A program made the translations under genes and the position numbers. A DNA stretch of 63,866 bases, the filler included, from Octopus bimaculoides (lineage: Eukaryota), in NCBI RefSeq assembly GCF_001194135.2. It is 8 parts of 7 records of this genome, joined end to end, with 100 filler letters (N's around TTAATTAATTAA, not from the genome) between each part and the next. Parts side by side here need not be neighbours in the genome. Positions count along the whole stretch, not along the records: positions 46,491 to 56,456 come from NC_068984.1; positions 56,557 to 63,866 come from NC_068983.1; 6 more parts are not named here. One strand, given 5' to 3'. Shown here one piece after another: positions 51,529 through 63,866 of this stretch. Below the pieces are notes generated by a model that was not told the origin of the DNA, did no database searches, and saw only the letters and a list, made by a program, of their open reading frames with translations. Position 1 is the first letter of the stretch. Every line of letters starts with the position of its first letter.

Positions 51529-52014
51529 ATAAGTATATGTATATGTATGTATATACATATATGTGTGTGTGTGTGTGTATACATATATACAAGGAAAGAA
51601 AGAAAGAATAAAGAAAGGAAGAGAGAGAGAGAGAGAGGGTAATGCTTCTGTTGTGTTTATGACAGTAGGCCTTAGCTCCTCAGGGGAAGATTTTTACCAT
51701 CCTCACCATCAACACTAATACGGATACCATCACCATCACCATCACCATCACGACCATAATGAATATAAATAATGCCGTCATCCACCACCACCACCACCAC
51801 CGCCACCACCACTACTGCCACCACTGGCATCAGCACCACCTTCTCTGGCCCTCCTCCTCCTCCTCCTCCTCCTCCTCTTCCCACCACTATATTTATGACC
51901 AAGACAGCGCTTATTAAAAATCACGACATTAATGATATTTGGTGTAATCGGCTCCGAGTGATTGGCAGAGTTCCAGAACAGAAGATATCTAAACTGAATT
52001 TTCTCATATATAGA

Positions 52015-52055
<41 letters not shown>

Positions 52056-52280
52056 ATTTATATATACATGGATATACATAGGAAGATATATGTATGTATA
52101 AAGAAATGTATATGCGTGAATACGTACGCATACACGCGAAAGTGCGTACTACACACACATATAAAACACAAACCTATATATATGTGTGTGTGTATGTGTG
52201 TGTGTTTGTGTTTGTGTGTCTGTGTGCATTAATATATGTATATACAGATATATATGTATATATATATGTGCGAGTGTTTG

Positions 52281-52388
<108 letters not shown>

Positions 52389-52506
52389 CGAGCTCCTCTA
52401 CTTTGTTATGTATTCCTACAGACAAATACAGATATTTAACAATATCTCCTTTTATGTATCTATTGGACGGTTGTTTGTCTCCTTTCGGGGACCCCTTCCA
52501 ACACCA

Positions 52507-52583
<77 letters not shown>

Positions 52584-52644
52584 GCAGATGAGTGTACACA
52601 GACACACAAACGTAACATCTCACAAAAATAAGAATATAGAAGGA

Positions 52645-52795
<151 letters not shown>

Positions 52796-52859
52796 AAGAA
52801 GAAAAAGAAGAAGGAAGTCGAAGAAGGTGAAGAAGTAGAAAACTTAACCGTTTCTGTTA

Positions 52860-53430
52860 TAGGCTTGAAAGTGAAAGAGCAGTCCTTGCCATCAAAGTGA
52901 CACTAGGGTAAAATATATGAAGCCCATGATACCCATCATGACTACCCATCTGATAAGGGTACACCAGGCACATGCATCATAGCCATATGTGCGTGACATG
53001 GTGATCTGATATCAAGATATAAACAGCGCATGACCTCACAGGTGGGGCCCAGTTAGAATTTTCTTCAGGTCGAGTAGCCCATCCCGCTCAAAAGATCCCT
53101 GAATAAGGGTCGTTTAAGGATGATGAACAAAACACCCATGTTTCCAAAGATGAATTATTCACGCCCCAAAGAATTCCTCTCAACACATGGCTATGATGCT
53201 CCCCCACTACTTCTGCTCATGATCAGAGATGCACATATCATCAGCCACCAAGGGACATGCTCAACTGGATAAGGTCAAACAACTGACAAGCAAATCTGTG
53301 GTATTGAGCAGAATATTTGCTGTAGCCCATCTTTTATACCAAGACAAAACAATGTACATAACACTTCCAATCAATTAAGATCAGAAGCCATGAGAGCCAC
53401 TGCCTGGTACTGCATCAGGGCATTTATTAT
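52860..53430 (-). mobile_element. Unclassified interspersed repeat, possibly a LINE 5' region, abutting (TAA)n
   Basis: Higher-complexity block between microsatellites; assignment rests on recalled similarity to abundant octopus repeats and is not provable here. Confidence 0.35.
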
Positions 53431-53451
53431 TATCATTATCATTATCATTAA

Positions 53452-53516
<65 letters not shown>

Positions 53517-53554
53517 TCGCTGTATGGAATCGAATTCTCTTAAATATAGAACTG

Positions 53555-53860
53555 TATTATTCTTTGTAAGCTTAGTACTTATATCAGTCTCTTTTACCGA
53601 ACCACTAAGTTTTGGGGACGTAAACACACCGACATCGGTTGTCAAGCAATGGTGGGGGACAATACAGACACCCACACAAACACACACTCACGCATATACG
53701 ACGGACTTCTTTAAGTTTCCGTCTACCAAATCTATTCACAAGGCTTTGGTTGTCCCGAGGCTGTAGTAGAAGACTCTTGCCCAAGATGCCACGCAGTGGG
53801 ACTGAACCCGGAACCATGTGGTTGGAAGCAAGCTTCTTACCACACGGCCACGCCTGTGCC
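53555..53860 (-). mobile_element. SINE-A lacking its 3' end
   Basis: Head through tctttgtaagcttagtact, then joined to a family D remnant. Confidence 0.85.
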
Positions 53861-54199
53861 ATTGATAGAAGTCTCGAAATACGATGCCCCACTCGAGGAA
53901 CAGCCATCTAAGAATCAATCAGGGAACCACATGGATTCAGGATTTAATCCGAGCATAAATGGTAAGGACCTTATGTGGGGTCTCTGCCATGCCAGTTTAT
54001 GCTGAAAGTGTGCCACTATTGACTGGGGCGCTGACATTACTGTGAATCCCCTTTCTGGAAATTTACGGTATTGTAACAATGAATCCCCTGTTATTCTTGT
54101 TTTATTTTATGAGAGGGAAAAAGTAATTGGAATGAAGAAATTTAAGGGGAAAATGAAGAAAATGAAGGAGAGTATTAAATTGGGGAAAGAGGTGGAGGA

Positions 54200-54693
54200 C
54201 AAATTGAAACAGGAGAGGAAGAAGAAGGAGAGGAAGGAGAAGAAGAAGAAGAAGAAGAAGAAGAAGAAGAAGAAGAAGAAGAAGAAGAAGAGGAAAAACG
54301 AGAAGGGGAAGAACGAGAAGGGGAAGAAGAAAGTAGAAGAGGAAGAAGGAGAAGAGGAAGAAGGAGAAGAGGAAGAAGGAGAAGAGGAAGAAGAACGAAA
54401 AGGAAAAGAAGAGAAAAAAGTGATGAAGGAAAAAAAGAAGAGGAAAAACCAAGAAGGAAAGAATCAGCTGAAGAAGAGGAGGAGAAGGAGGAGGAAAAAG
54501 AAGACGAAGAAGAAAAAGAAGAAGAAGAAGAAGAAGAAGAAGAAGAAGAAGAAGAAGAAGAAGAAGAAGAAGAAGAAGAAGAAGAAAAACAATTATTATA
54601 AGAGGAAAGTAGAAGTAAAAAGCAGAATTAGTAGAAGAAAAAAGAGAAATAGAAAAGGAAGAAGAATGGAAGTAGAAAAGGCAGAATTAGAAT

Positions 54694-54735
<42 letters not shown>

Positions 54736-54800
54736 AAGAAGAAGAAGAAGAAGAAGAAGAAGAAGAAGAAGAAGAAGAAGAAGAAGAAGAAGAAGAAGAA
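54200..54800. repeat. Purine-rich (GAA)/(GTA) microsatellite block
   Basis: Direct inspection. Confidence 0.95.
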
Positions 54801-54929
54801 GCATGGAGATGAGGACAAGTTGGAAAAGAAATGTAAGAAGAATCCATATTTGAAATTATTTAAATGGCATTAAATATTGAAAAGACAATGGAGGTATTGT
54901 TGTCTGATGTTAAACAAAAGAAGCCAAGA

Positions 54930-54965
<36 letters not shown>

Positions 54966-55555
54966 ACACACACACATACACATACACACACACACCGTAC
55001 ATACATACCCATTCTCTTACACACATTATGCTCACATAAATACCTAAACTCACTACATACACATATATACACCATACACACACCAGCAGACACCANNNNN
55101 NNNNNNNNNNNNNNNNNNNNNNNNNNNNNNNNNNNNNNNNNNNNNNNNNNNNNNNNNNNNNNNNNNNNNNNNNNNNNNNNNNNNNNNNNNNNNNNNNNNN
55201 NNNNNNNNNNNNNNNNNNNNNNNNNNNNNNNNNNNNNNNNNNNNNNNNNNNNNNNNNNNNNNNNNNNNNNNNNNNNNNNNNNNNNNNNNNNNNNNNNNNN
55301 NNNNNNNNNNNNNNNNNNNNNNNNNNNNNNNNNNNNNNNNNNNNNNNNNNNNNNNNNNAGCACACACTCACACACACACACACACACACACATACACACA
55401 CACACACACACGCACACACACCGACACGTAACGCCCCTCCAGCACAATCCGACATATAACACCTACCCCTAACACGCCACCACATCTCGTAACCCCCTCC
55501 TTTCAAACGTCTCTCACCTGCACACCCATTCCTTATCTACATCACCAGTTCTTCT

Positions 55556-55602
<47 letters not shown>

Positions 55603-55927
55603 TTCTTCTTCTTCTTCTTCTTCTTCCTTCTTCTTCTTCTTCTTCTTCTTCTTCTTCTTCTTCTTCCTTCTTCTTCTTCTTCTTCTTCTTCTTCTTCTTC
55701 TTCTTCTTCTTCTTCTTCTTCTAACACCCCCACCATCATTCTTTTACAACGAAAAGCAGGAATAATTTATTGAGTTCATACTCTGCCAATCCAGACTTTA
55801 CTCTTCGTACTTGAAGTCTCAAACAAAATAACGCAGCGCTCAACTTATTATTTCAATCAATATGAGAATTGAAAAATATGTTCAAATATAGACTTAACAT
55901 ACATACATACATACATATATATACGTA

Positions 55928-55960
<33 letters not shown>

Positions 55961-56053
55961 TTGTACGTATATATGCATGTCTATATGCATATATGTATAT
56001 ATGTATGTGTATATATATATATATATATATATGCAAACTGATATATTCTTTCA

Positions 56054-56444
56054 TTCTTTTATTCTTTTACTTGTTTCAGTCATTTGACTGCGGCCATGCT
56101 GGAGCAACGCCTTTTATTCGAGCAAATGGGTCCCAGGATTTATTCTTTGTAAGCCTAGTACTTATTCTATCGGTGTCTTTTGCCGAACCGCTATGTTACG
56201 GGGTCGTAAACACACCAGTATCGGTTGTCAAGCGATGTTGGGGGGACAAACACAGACACACAAACATATACACATACATATACGGCTTCTTTCAGTTTCC
56301 GCCTACCAAATCCACTCATAAAGCTTTGGTCGGCCCGAGGCTATAGTAGAAAGCACTTGCCTAAGGTGCCACGCAGTGGGACTGAACCCGGAGCCATGTG
56401 GTTGGTATGCAAGGTACTTACCACACAGCCACTCCTGTGCCTAT
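56054..56444 (-). mobile_element. SINE-A, full length
   Basis: Complete head, body and 3' end. Confidence 0.9.
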
Positions 56445-56589
56445 AATATATATATANNNNNNNNNNNNNNNNNNNNNNNNNNNNNNNNNNNNNNNNNNNN
56501 TTAATTAATTAANNNNNNNNNNNNNNNNNNNNNNNNNNNNNNNNNNNNNNNNNNNNTATATATATATATATTCATTCATACATGATTCT

Positions 56590-56700
56590 CACTGCTTGAC
56601 AACCTATATTGATTTATGCCCCCATGACTTAACAGTTCAGCAAAAGCAAATAGAAATTAATACATTAATTACCAGACTTTACAACATAACTACAAGGGGC
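56590..56700 (+). mobile_element. SINE-A 3'-half remnant, strongly diverged
   Basis: gcttgacaacc..cccatgacttaacagttcagcaaaag. Confidence 0.55.
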
Positions 56701-56962
56701 TGGCAATGAGAAGTCACAAAAGATTGAAGACATTTGAGGGCCTCATTTGTAAATTGCTGCTGTGTAAATAGCATGTAACACAAGACTGATTCTTTGAAAT
56801 GTATAGCCAGTGTGTCTTTGTATTGATATGATTAGCAATTGTATCATATCGTGTTGAAAACAAGGTTCTCATGTCCCTATGGGAAGATGCACATATTTTG
56901 TACATGTCTAGAGTTCATGTGTAACGCTCAAAGTTGGAGATGTTTAAAGTTGAATGAATGAT

Positions 56963-57356
56963 GTGTGTGTGTTGGCACTCCGTCGCTTACGACGTCAAGG
57001 GTTCCAGTTGATCCGATCAACAGAACAGCCTGCTCGTGAAATTAACGTGCAAGTGGCTGAGCACTCCACAGACACGTGTACTCTTAACATAGTTCTCGAG
57101 GAGATTCAGCGTGACACTGAGTGTGACAAGGCTGACCCTTTGAATTACAGGCACACAACAGAAACAGGAAGTAAGAGTGAGAGAAAGTTGTGGTGAAAGA
57201 GTACAGCAGGGTTTGCCACCATCCCCTGCCGGAGCCTCGTGGAGCTTTAGGTGTTTTCGCTCAATAAACACTCACAACGCCCAGGTTTGGGAATCGAAAC
57301 CGCGATCCTATGACCATGAGTCCGCTGCCCTAACCACTGGGCCATTGCGCCTCCAC
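56963..57356 (-). mobile_element. SINE-B, full length, 11-bp TSD
   Basis: TSD gaatgaatgat at 56952-56962 and 57357-57367. Confidence 0.9.
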
Positions 57357-57674
57357 GAATGAATGATAGTATAGAATGAACAAGAATGTATATGGATCGA
57401 AGTAACTGCAAGTAAGACTTTTAATGCATAATAGAAAGAATACAGATGATGTTACCAATCCTTGAAGTGCATATAACTCTTTAGCACTCAAAGCAGCCAT
57501 ATCCAGCTGAAATATTCTACCTGTTTTATGTGCAAAGCAGCCAGATTAGAACTTTCACACATACCCTACAATGTCACTCTAAAGGTAAACAATCAAATCA
57601 TTTAAATCTTAAAACTACATGATAATACGTGATTAATTCAAAATAATCTGAGTAAATAAGCATTACACTTGACA

Positions 57675-58036
57675 TGGCCCAGTGGTTACAGCAGCGGACT
57701 CGCGGTCATAGGATCGTGGTTTCGATTCCCAGACCGGGCGTTCTGAGTGTTTCTTGAGCGAAAACACCTAAAGCTCCACGAGGCTCTGACAGGGGATGGT
57801 GGCGAACCCTGCTGTACTCTTTCACCACAACTTTCTCCCTGTTTCTGTTGTACCTGTAATTCAAAGGTTCAGCCTTGTCACACTGTGTCACGCTGAATAT
57901 CCCCAAGAATCTACGTTAAGGGTATACGTGTCTGTGGAGTGCTCAGCCACTTGCACATTAATTTCACGAGCAGGCTGTTCTGTTAGTCGGATCAACTGGA
58001 ACCCTCGACATCGTAAGCGACGGAGTGCCAACAACA
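57675..58036 (+). mobile_element. SINE-B, near full length, 10-bp TSD
   Basis: TSD acacttgaca at 57665-57674 and 58037-58046. Confidence 0.9.
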
Positions 58037-58071
58037 ACACTTGACAATTTAATCTGAATGCTAAAGGGTTA

Positions 58072-58385
58072 ACAAGGCATGTAGCTTAGTGGTTAGGGTC
58101 TTTGGTTCATGATCATAAGGTCGTGTGTTTGATTCCTGGAAGCACATTGCATCCTTGAACAAGACACTTTATTTCGAAGACATTTTATTTCAGATTTTAC
58201 CAAGTCACTCAGCTGGCAAAATTCGAAAGGGCCAGCCTTGACACATTCTGTGTCATACTGAATCTCCCTGTAAACTATACTAAGGGTACACAAGTCTGTA
58301 GAATGCTTGGCACATTAATTTCAGAAGCAAGCTGTTCTATTGATCAATTCAAGTGGAACGCTCATTATCAAAACCAATGGATAAC
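58072..58385 (+). mobile_element. SINE-B2, diverged
   Basis: tagcttagtggttaggg..tccttgaacaagacacttt..ggccagccttgacac. Confidence 0.7.
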
Positions 58386-60532
58386 CAGGCCACATTTGTG
58401 AGTAAAGATCTGAAAGATGCTCTTCAAGCCGAATTGTGATATGAATGGCCTGAAAGACAATCTCTAAACTAAGATATGAGAGATGGATGGAACAGCCGAG
58501 ATACATGAGATGAGAAACCATATTTGTTATTGTTTTCGTTTTTTTTTTTTTGTATTATGTTTTAAGCAGAATGGTTATTAATCATCATCAACATAATCTT
58601 AACGATATCTTCATCACCATCATCACCACCAGTATCAGCATCATCATCATCATCGTCATCGTCATCATCATCATCATCATCACCATCATCACCATCATCA
58701 GAGAGAGTCTGCATGTGGCACAGCAGATATTGTCTTCTTTGTATTGTTTGATAAGAATGCTTTTTTTGTCTTTTTTTTAGTCCTGATGTGCAAGTAGTTT
58801 ATCAGCTATTGCAGATACAGCATGAGATTTTGTATGGCCAATATTTTAGTTCTAATGATGCTAATCATGTTTTATATTCCTGCATTATTAGATTTTCGCA
58901 TCTAGAATAGCCTTCAAGGTTTCCTCATTCTCCTGTTTGTTATGTATTGTCTTTAATGTTACCAGCAGTTATTTTTTCTTTTTTTTTTCTTTTTTTTTTT
59001 ATTGAGTAAGCTTTGCTGCATTTTTATATTAAATCTTATAAAATGTTTTGAAATGATTCTATAATTATTTTATTGAAAAAAAAAACATTTTATTGTCATG
59101 TTTAAATTATTTCAGTGGTTCGCAGTCTGAACATTTGGATTCAATATTATGTTTTATAACATTAGTGCCTTTGAGCATTCTGGTATTTTGTGTTTATGAC
59201 GTTGATGTATTGAGAAGATTGATAAGGTCTAGGTTAACTGGGGAGAGGGGAAAAAAACAACACATTTTATGTAATGGAAAAGAAGATGACATTGATGGAG
59301 CATGTCAGTACTAATGATGATGATGATGATGATGATGAAAAGGACGACAATGACAATAATGATGGTGACAGCAGTGGCTGTAGTGGTCTCGGTGATGGTG
59401 GATGTTGATGACAACAATGATGTCAGTGGTGATGCTGATGACAACAGTGGTGATGTTGATGACAACAATGATGATATCAATGATGATGACTATGTCAGTG
59501 GTGGTGGTGGTGGTGGTGAAGAGTGAAGATGATGGTGGTCATGATGAAGGGGAAGAAAAGGAATTAGAGGAGGAGGAGGGGAGGAGGGAGAAGATGATGA
59601 CGACGATGAAGAGTATGACAACAACAATGAGGAGGATGACAACAATGATGAGAAAGATGATGATGTTGATGAGGAGGATAATAAGGCGGACGACAAGGAG
59701 GATGACGAAGAAGACAAGGAGGAGGGTGAGGAGGAGGAGGACAGCAAGGAGAAGGGGATGAGTAGAATAATAGTAATGATATATATCCCAATATTTTCAC
59801 CTCATCCATCAAATCAAACACTTATTTCACTTCATTACACTTTGAAACACTATTTAGTTTGTTCCTATGTTACAAAAAAAATTACAACAACAACAGCAAC
59901 ATATGATAAAAACACAATGGTTTTTAAACTTTAATTCTAACTAGTACCAAAATGTCCTATCCTCTTAGCAACCTACCAGGCACATCTGATACCAAATTAA
60001 GATATAATTAAGGTATATCATACAACACATTAGGATTTTCTAATAAAATAATCCATTAAGCTTATAAAACTAGAAATTTCAGTCAACAGGTTTAATTCTT
60101 CCAAGAAAATTGTGCCAAATAAAATTTATGTCTTTTAGAATTATAATGGTCAGCCTGCCATACCATCGATTCCTAATCTTTCATTTTATTCCTTACTGCT
60201 TTTAGTCATTGGACAGATGGCCATGGAAGGATACTGCACAATCTCTCTCGCTCCTTTCTCATTTACTTCCATGTCCTCTAGTGTGTGTGTGTGTGTGTGT
60301 GCGTGCGTGCGAGCGTGCGTGCGTGCATGCGTGTGTGTGTGTTCTGAATAAATTAAATGAGTATGATTGAAAATTCTATAAATATGATTATAAAATTTCA
60401 CCTGTATTGCCTATAGAAAATAGCTTAATATTAGGGCATATAATACCCATTTTTTACCATTTGGAGCTTATATGACTTTATATTAGACTATCTGCTATAG
60501 TTAATATACACTGAAAGTTTATAATTACATTA

Positions 60533-61376
60533 TATGAGGTGGTATCAAAATGTTTCTGGACTAGTTCTGTAGTGTGTCAACAGACGGCAGCACATGGTTG
60601 CATGCAGAGTGAGAGAAAGCAGTGATCTTCATGGGGCAAAGTGTTGAGTGAAAGCATTCTATTTACTTCACAAGTTGTGAAATTTGTCTTTTTGTGATCG
60701 TATGTATACTGTACCCTGTCATTTTTGTATACAGAGATATTGAACATGCTTTGACAAGCTTACAGTGATGAGGCAATGGATTGTACACAATGTTTTGTGT
60801 GGCACGCACATTTCAAAAGTGGAAGAATGTCTCTGAAAGACGATAAGCAATCTAGAAGACTTTTCATGAGCACCATCTCTGGAAATTTGGAGGAAATTCA
60901 TCAGCTTGTGCATGAGGATCATTGAAGGACAATCGGTGATGTTTTGAAGCATTTGAGTGAGAACATTCGGCAAAATTAACTGGATCTGCGGAACATGAAG
61001 AATTGGATTCTTCATGATGACAATGCCTCTGTCACCAAGCTCTCTTCACTCATGAGTTTCTCATCAAAAACAACATGCATCACTTTCGCAACCACCCTAT
61101 TCACCTGTGGACTCCCATCTCTTCTCCAAGATGAAAATGCAGCTCAGAGGTTGTTGTTTTAATGCCATTGTCAAGATCAAGGGCAAACTACAGAAGGTCC
61201 TCTACTCACTTATGGAAAATGACTTCTAGGCTGGATTCCAAGAGTGGTAGAAATGCAAGGGCCAGTATATTGCTGCACAAGGTAACAATTTCAAAGGAGA
61301 TGATGTTAAAAGTCAGGCTTATAAGCTATTTTTTATTAAACATAACTAAGCCAGGAACTTTATGATAACAGCTTGT
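60533..61376 (+). mobile_element. Internally deleted mariner element with degenerate TIRs
   Basis: QAYSDEAM..CFVWHAHFKSGR; WILHDDNA; PPYSPV; HLFSKMKMQLRG; AAQGNNFKG; ends ggtggtatcaaaatgtttctggactag / ctaagccaggaactttatgataacagc. Confidence 0.85.
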
Positions 61377-61407
61377 TTTTACAACATACATACATACACA
61401 CATACAT

Positions 61408-61469
<62 letters not shown>

Positions 61470-62049
61470 ATCTGTGAAGTAGCATACCAATTTGTTTCTG
61501 TGTAGGTGTAAGAATATTAGTTGATAAAAAATCACACAAATAAAATAAGTAAAATTGTGAGACAAGGAGGAGACAAGCAAATATTAATACGTGTCATGCA
61601 AACATAATATGTGAGTGAAAAAGCATAGAAATATAAAACAAAAAAAAGACAACAATGGAAGAAGTGTACAATGAAAATATATACACCAATAGAAGGAACA
61701 GAAGAGAATCTAACATTTTGGCTTGTCATGTAAGCAGACATAAATTTAGTATCATATATTTTTTTTAAATTTTCTCTTGACTTTTCATTCCTTTTCCTTC
61801 TCATTGTTAAACATTTGACTCTCATCTGAAACATGATTCTCCTCTGTTTTTTCCAACAGATCATTCAGTTTTGTTCTAATTTTCATCCACAATTTCTTTT
61901 TTTTTTTCACTTTATATTTATACAGGATGGAAGTCGACTGAATAATGAATATGATGATTACTAATGAGCAGTAAAGCAGTGAGATGACTATTTTAGCCCA
62001 GCTGATGATTTGCAGTTTTTCCAAAAACTGTCACATTAATGTTCTCACT

Positions 62050-62480
62050 TAAATGCAATGCAGAATCTTGACATTTGGTGTTGTGCCTGAATCTATGAAC
62101 CAGTGTGTTCGCAGACCACCAGTTGAAAGACAAAATTTATTACAAGATTACTAGACATATATTCTTTCAGAAAGCAAAAATTTATTATTAGCTTGTTTTG
62201 GTTCATGTATTCTCAAGGGTATAATAGAACCAGCCTTAGGTAGACAAACTCAGTTGCAAATGGAGCATTAGAAAGAATTATTGATACCTATGGAGTTTCC
62301 TTTCAGTGCATCCTGTTTTAATGTTTTCCTGTGTTTATCTTCAAAATATATAGGTTCCTTCAGTATATGTTTCTTCTGTGATGGCCTATCAGTGACATTG
62401 AAATATTTATTGTCAAAATATGCATTTTGTCTGTTATGCTGTGTGGTTGCAAAACATGGGCATTATATTTAAAGCATAAA
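62050..62480 (-). mobile_element. Decayed RTE-like ORF2 tail with two C2H2-like motifs
   Basis: One frame, with stops: DRPSQKKHILKEPIYFEDKHRK..F*CSICN*VCLPKAG..YV**SCNKFCLSTGGLRTH. Confidence 0.45.
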
Positions 62481-62584
62481 TGTGGGAATGTTCTCAACAA
62501 AATTGTCTTTGACAAATTTAGTATATATTTAAGAGAGACTGAGAGAAGTTGAAGTTTTGTGTATATCTTCCTTTTGACTTTTAT

Positions 62585-62975
62585 CTATTACTTGTTTCAG
62601 TCATTAGACCAGGGCAATGCCTTGAGGAATTTTGGTTAAATGAATTGATACCAATATTTATTTTTCAAGCCAAGTACTTGTTCTCTCAAAGTGTTTTGCT
62701 GATTTGATAAGTTACTGGGATGTAAACTCACCAACAGTGATTGTCAAGCAGCGATTGGGTACAAACACACACACAAAGGCACACATACATAGATACATAC
62801 CTATATATATGACAGGCGTCTTTTAGTTTACATCTAAAGAATCCACTCACAATGCTTTAGTCAACCTGAGGCTATAGTAGAAGACACCTGTCCAAGGTGC
62901 TACACAGTGGGACTGAACTCAGAACAATGCAGTTGGGGAGCAAATTTCTTACCACACAGCCATGCCTGTGCCTAG
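62585..62975 (-). mobile_element. SINE-A, full length, old
   Basis: Collinear with the 41720 copy throughout, with many substitutions. Confidence 0.8.
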
Positions 62976-63339
62976 GGCCACATCTGTGCCTAGAGCTACA
63001 TCTGTGCCTATAGCCATACCTGTGCATAGCAAATATTGTATACATAGAAGCTTTCTTGTATCAAAGACTGATGGATTCCAAAGCCTTTACTTCATAGAAA
63101 ACTATGACTTCTTTACTAATACAAGACCCAAGTTAAAATAGAAGGATGCTTCAAATTTTATTTGGAAAACAAAGGCAAAATTCATGAGCAATTACTCTGT
63201 ATACACCAACTTCTGTAAGATTTAAACTCTAAATAGGAAGAAAATGGAGAGAGGTTGTGCATCTATTTCTGCAGTCTGCTTTTTCAAGCATTTCACTTGT
63301 AATTATATATATGATATATGTATATGGGAGAATTTATAT

Positions 63340-63530
<191 letters not shown>

Positions 63531-63866
63531 TAAAAATAAATACAAAAAAGGTGGGGGTAGAGATAACACTGATTTCATAGCAAGGTAAAAACAACCATAT
63601 GGTGTCATGTGTTGGTATTATATTGCAGCTATGTATATATACACATATCAAATCCAATACTAGGTATAGATCCAACTCAGAATTGATTCCAGTTGTATCA
63701 TAGGTATAGAAACAGGATCTAAAAAAACATGCTGAATATTTATTCATCGTTGTCATTTGGTGGATGGATGGGTCATCATCTAGGCATTACCTTGTCTGCT
63801 TATACCTATTTAAAATTTTACTTGAAGATGGTGGATTTATGCTATGACGTAATCTATGAATACATC

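Noticed and set aside
54042-54812. 256-aa K/E-rich ORF
   Set aside because: Translation of (GAA)/(GTA) microsatellites; no domain
59093-59314. 73-aa ORF with hydrophobic stretch
   Set aside because: Expected by chance in AT-rich DNA; no recognisable family or linked exon

Overview
Repeat-saturated, AT-rich, gap-riddled animal genomic DNA, intronic or intergenic. It is very likely from a coleoid cephalopod (Octopus-type); this is inferred from the repeat landscape and the N-flanked TTAATTAATTAA scaffold spacers. No protein-coding gene can be called with confidence, and nearly all ORFs in the supplied track are microsatellite or gap artefacts. Supported content: (1) many copies of three tRNA-headed SINE families (my working labels A, B/B2, C); (2) decayed non-LTR retroelements (R4/Dong-like RLE, RTE, Tx1/L1-clade, and a Penelope-like element with GIY-YIG remains and inverted ends); (3) decayed Tc1, mariner and maT (DD37D) transposons; (4) dense di-, tri- and tetranucleotide microsatellites. 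The most notable hidden signals are: a set of minimal type-I hammerhead ribozyme motifs from several unrelated families, one intact and one riding in a tRNA-headed element; a ~115-bp 28S rRNA fragment inserted in a maT transposon; and a head-to-head inverted SINE pair that could form long dsRNA. A few isolated splice-bounded exon candidates are reported at low confidence. Repeat boundaries are approximate and all folds and alignments were done by eye.
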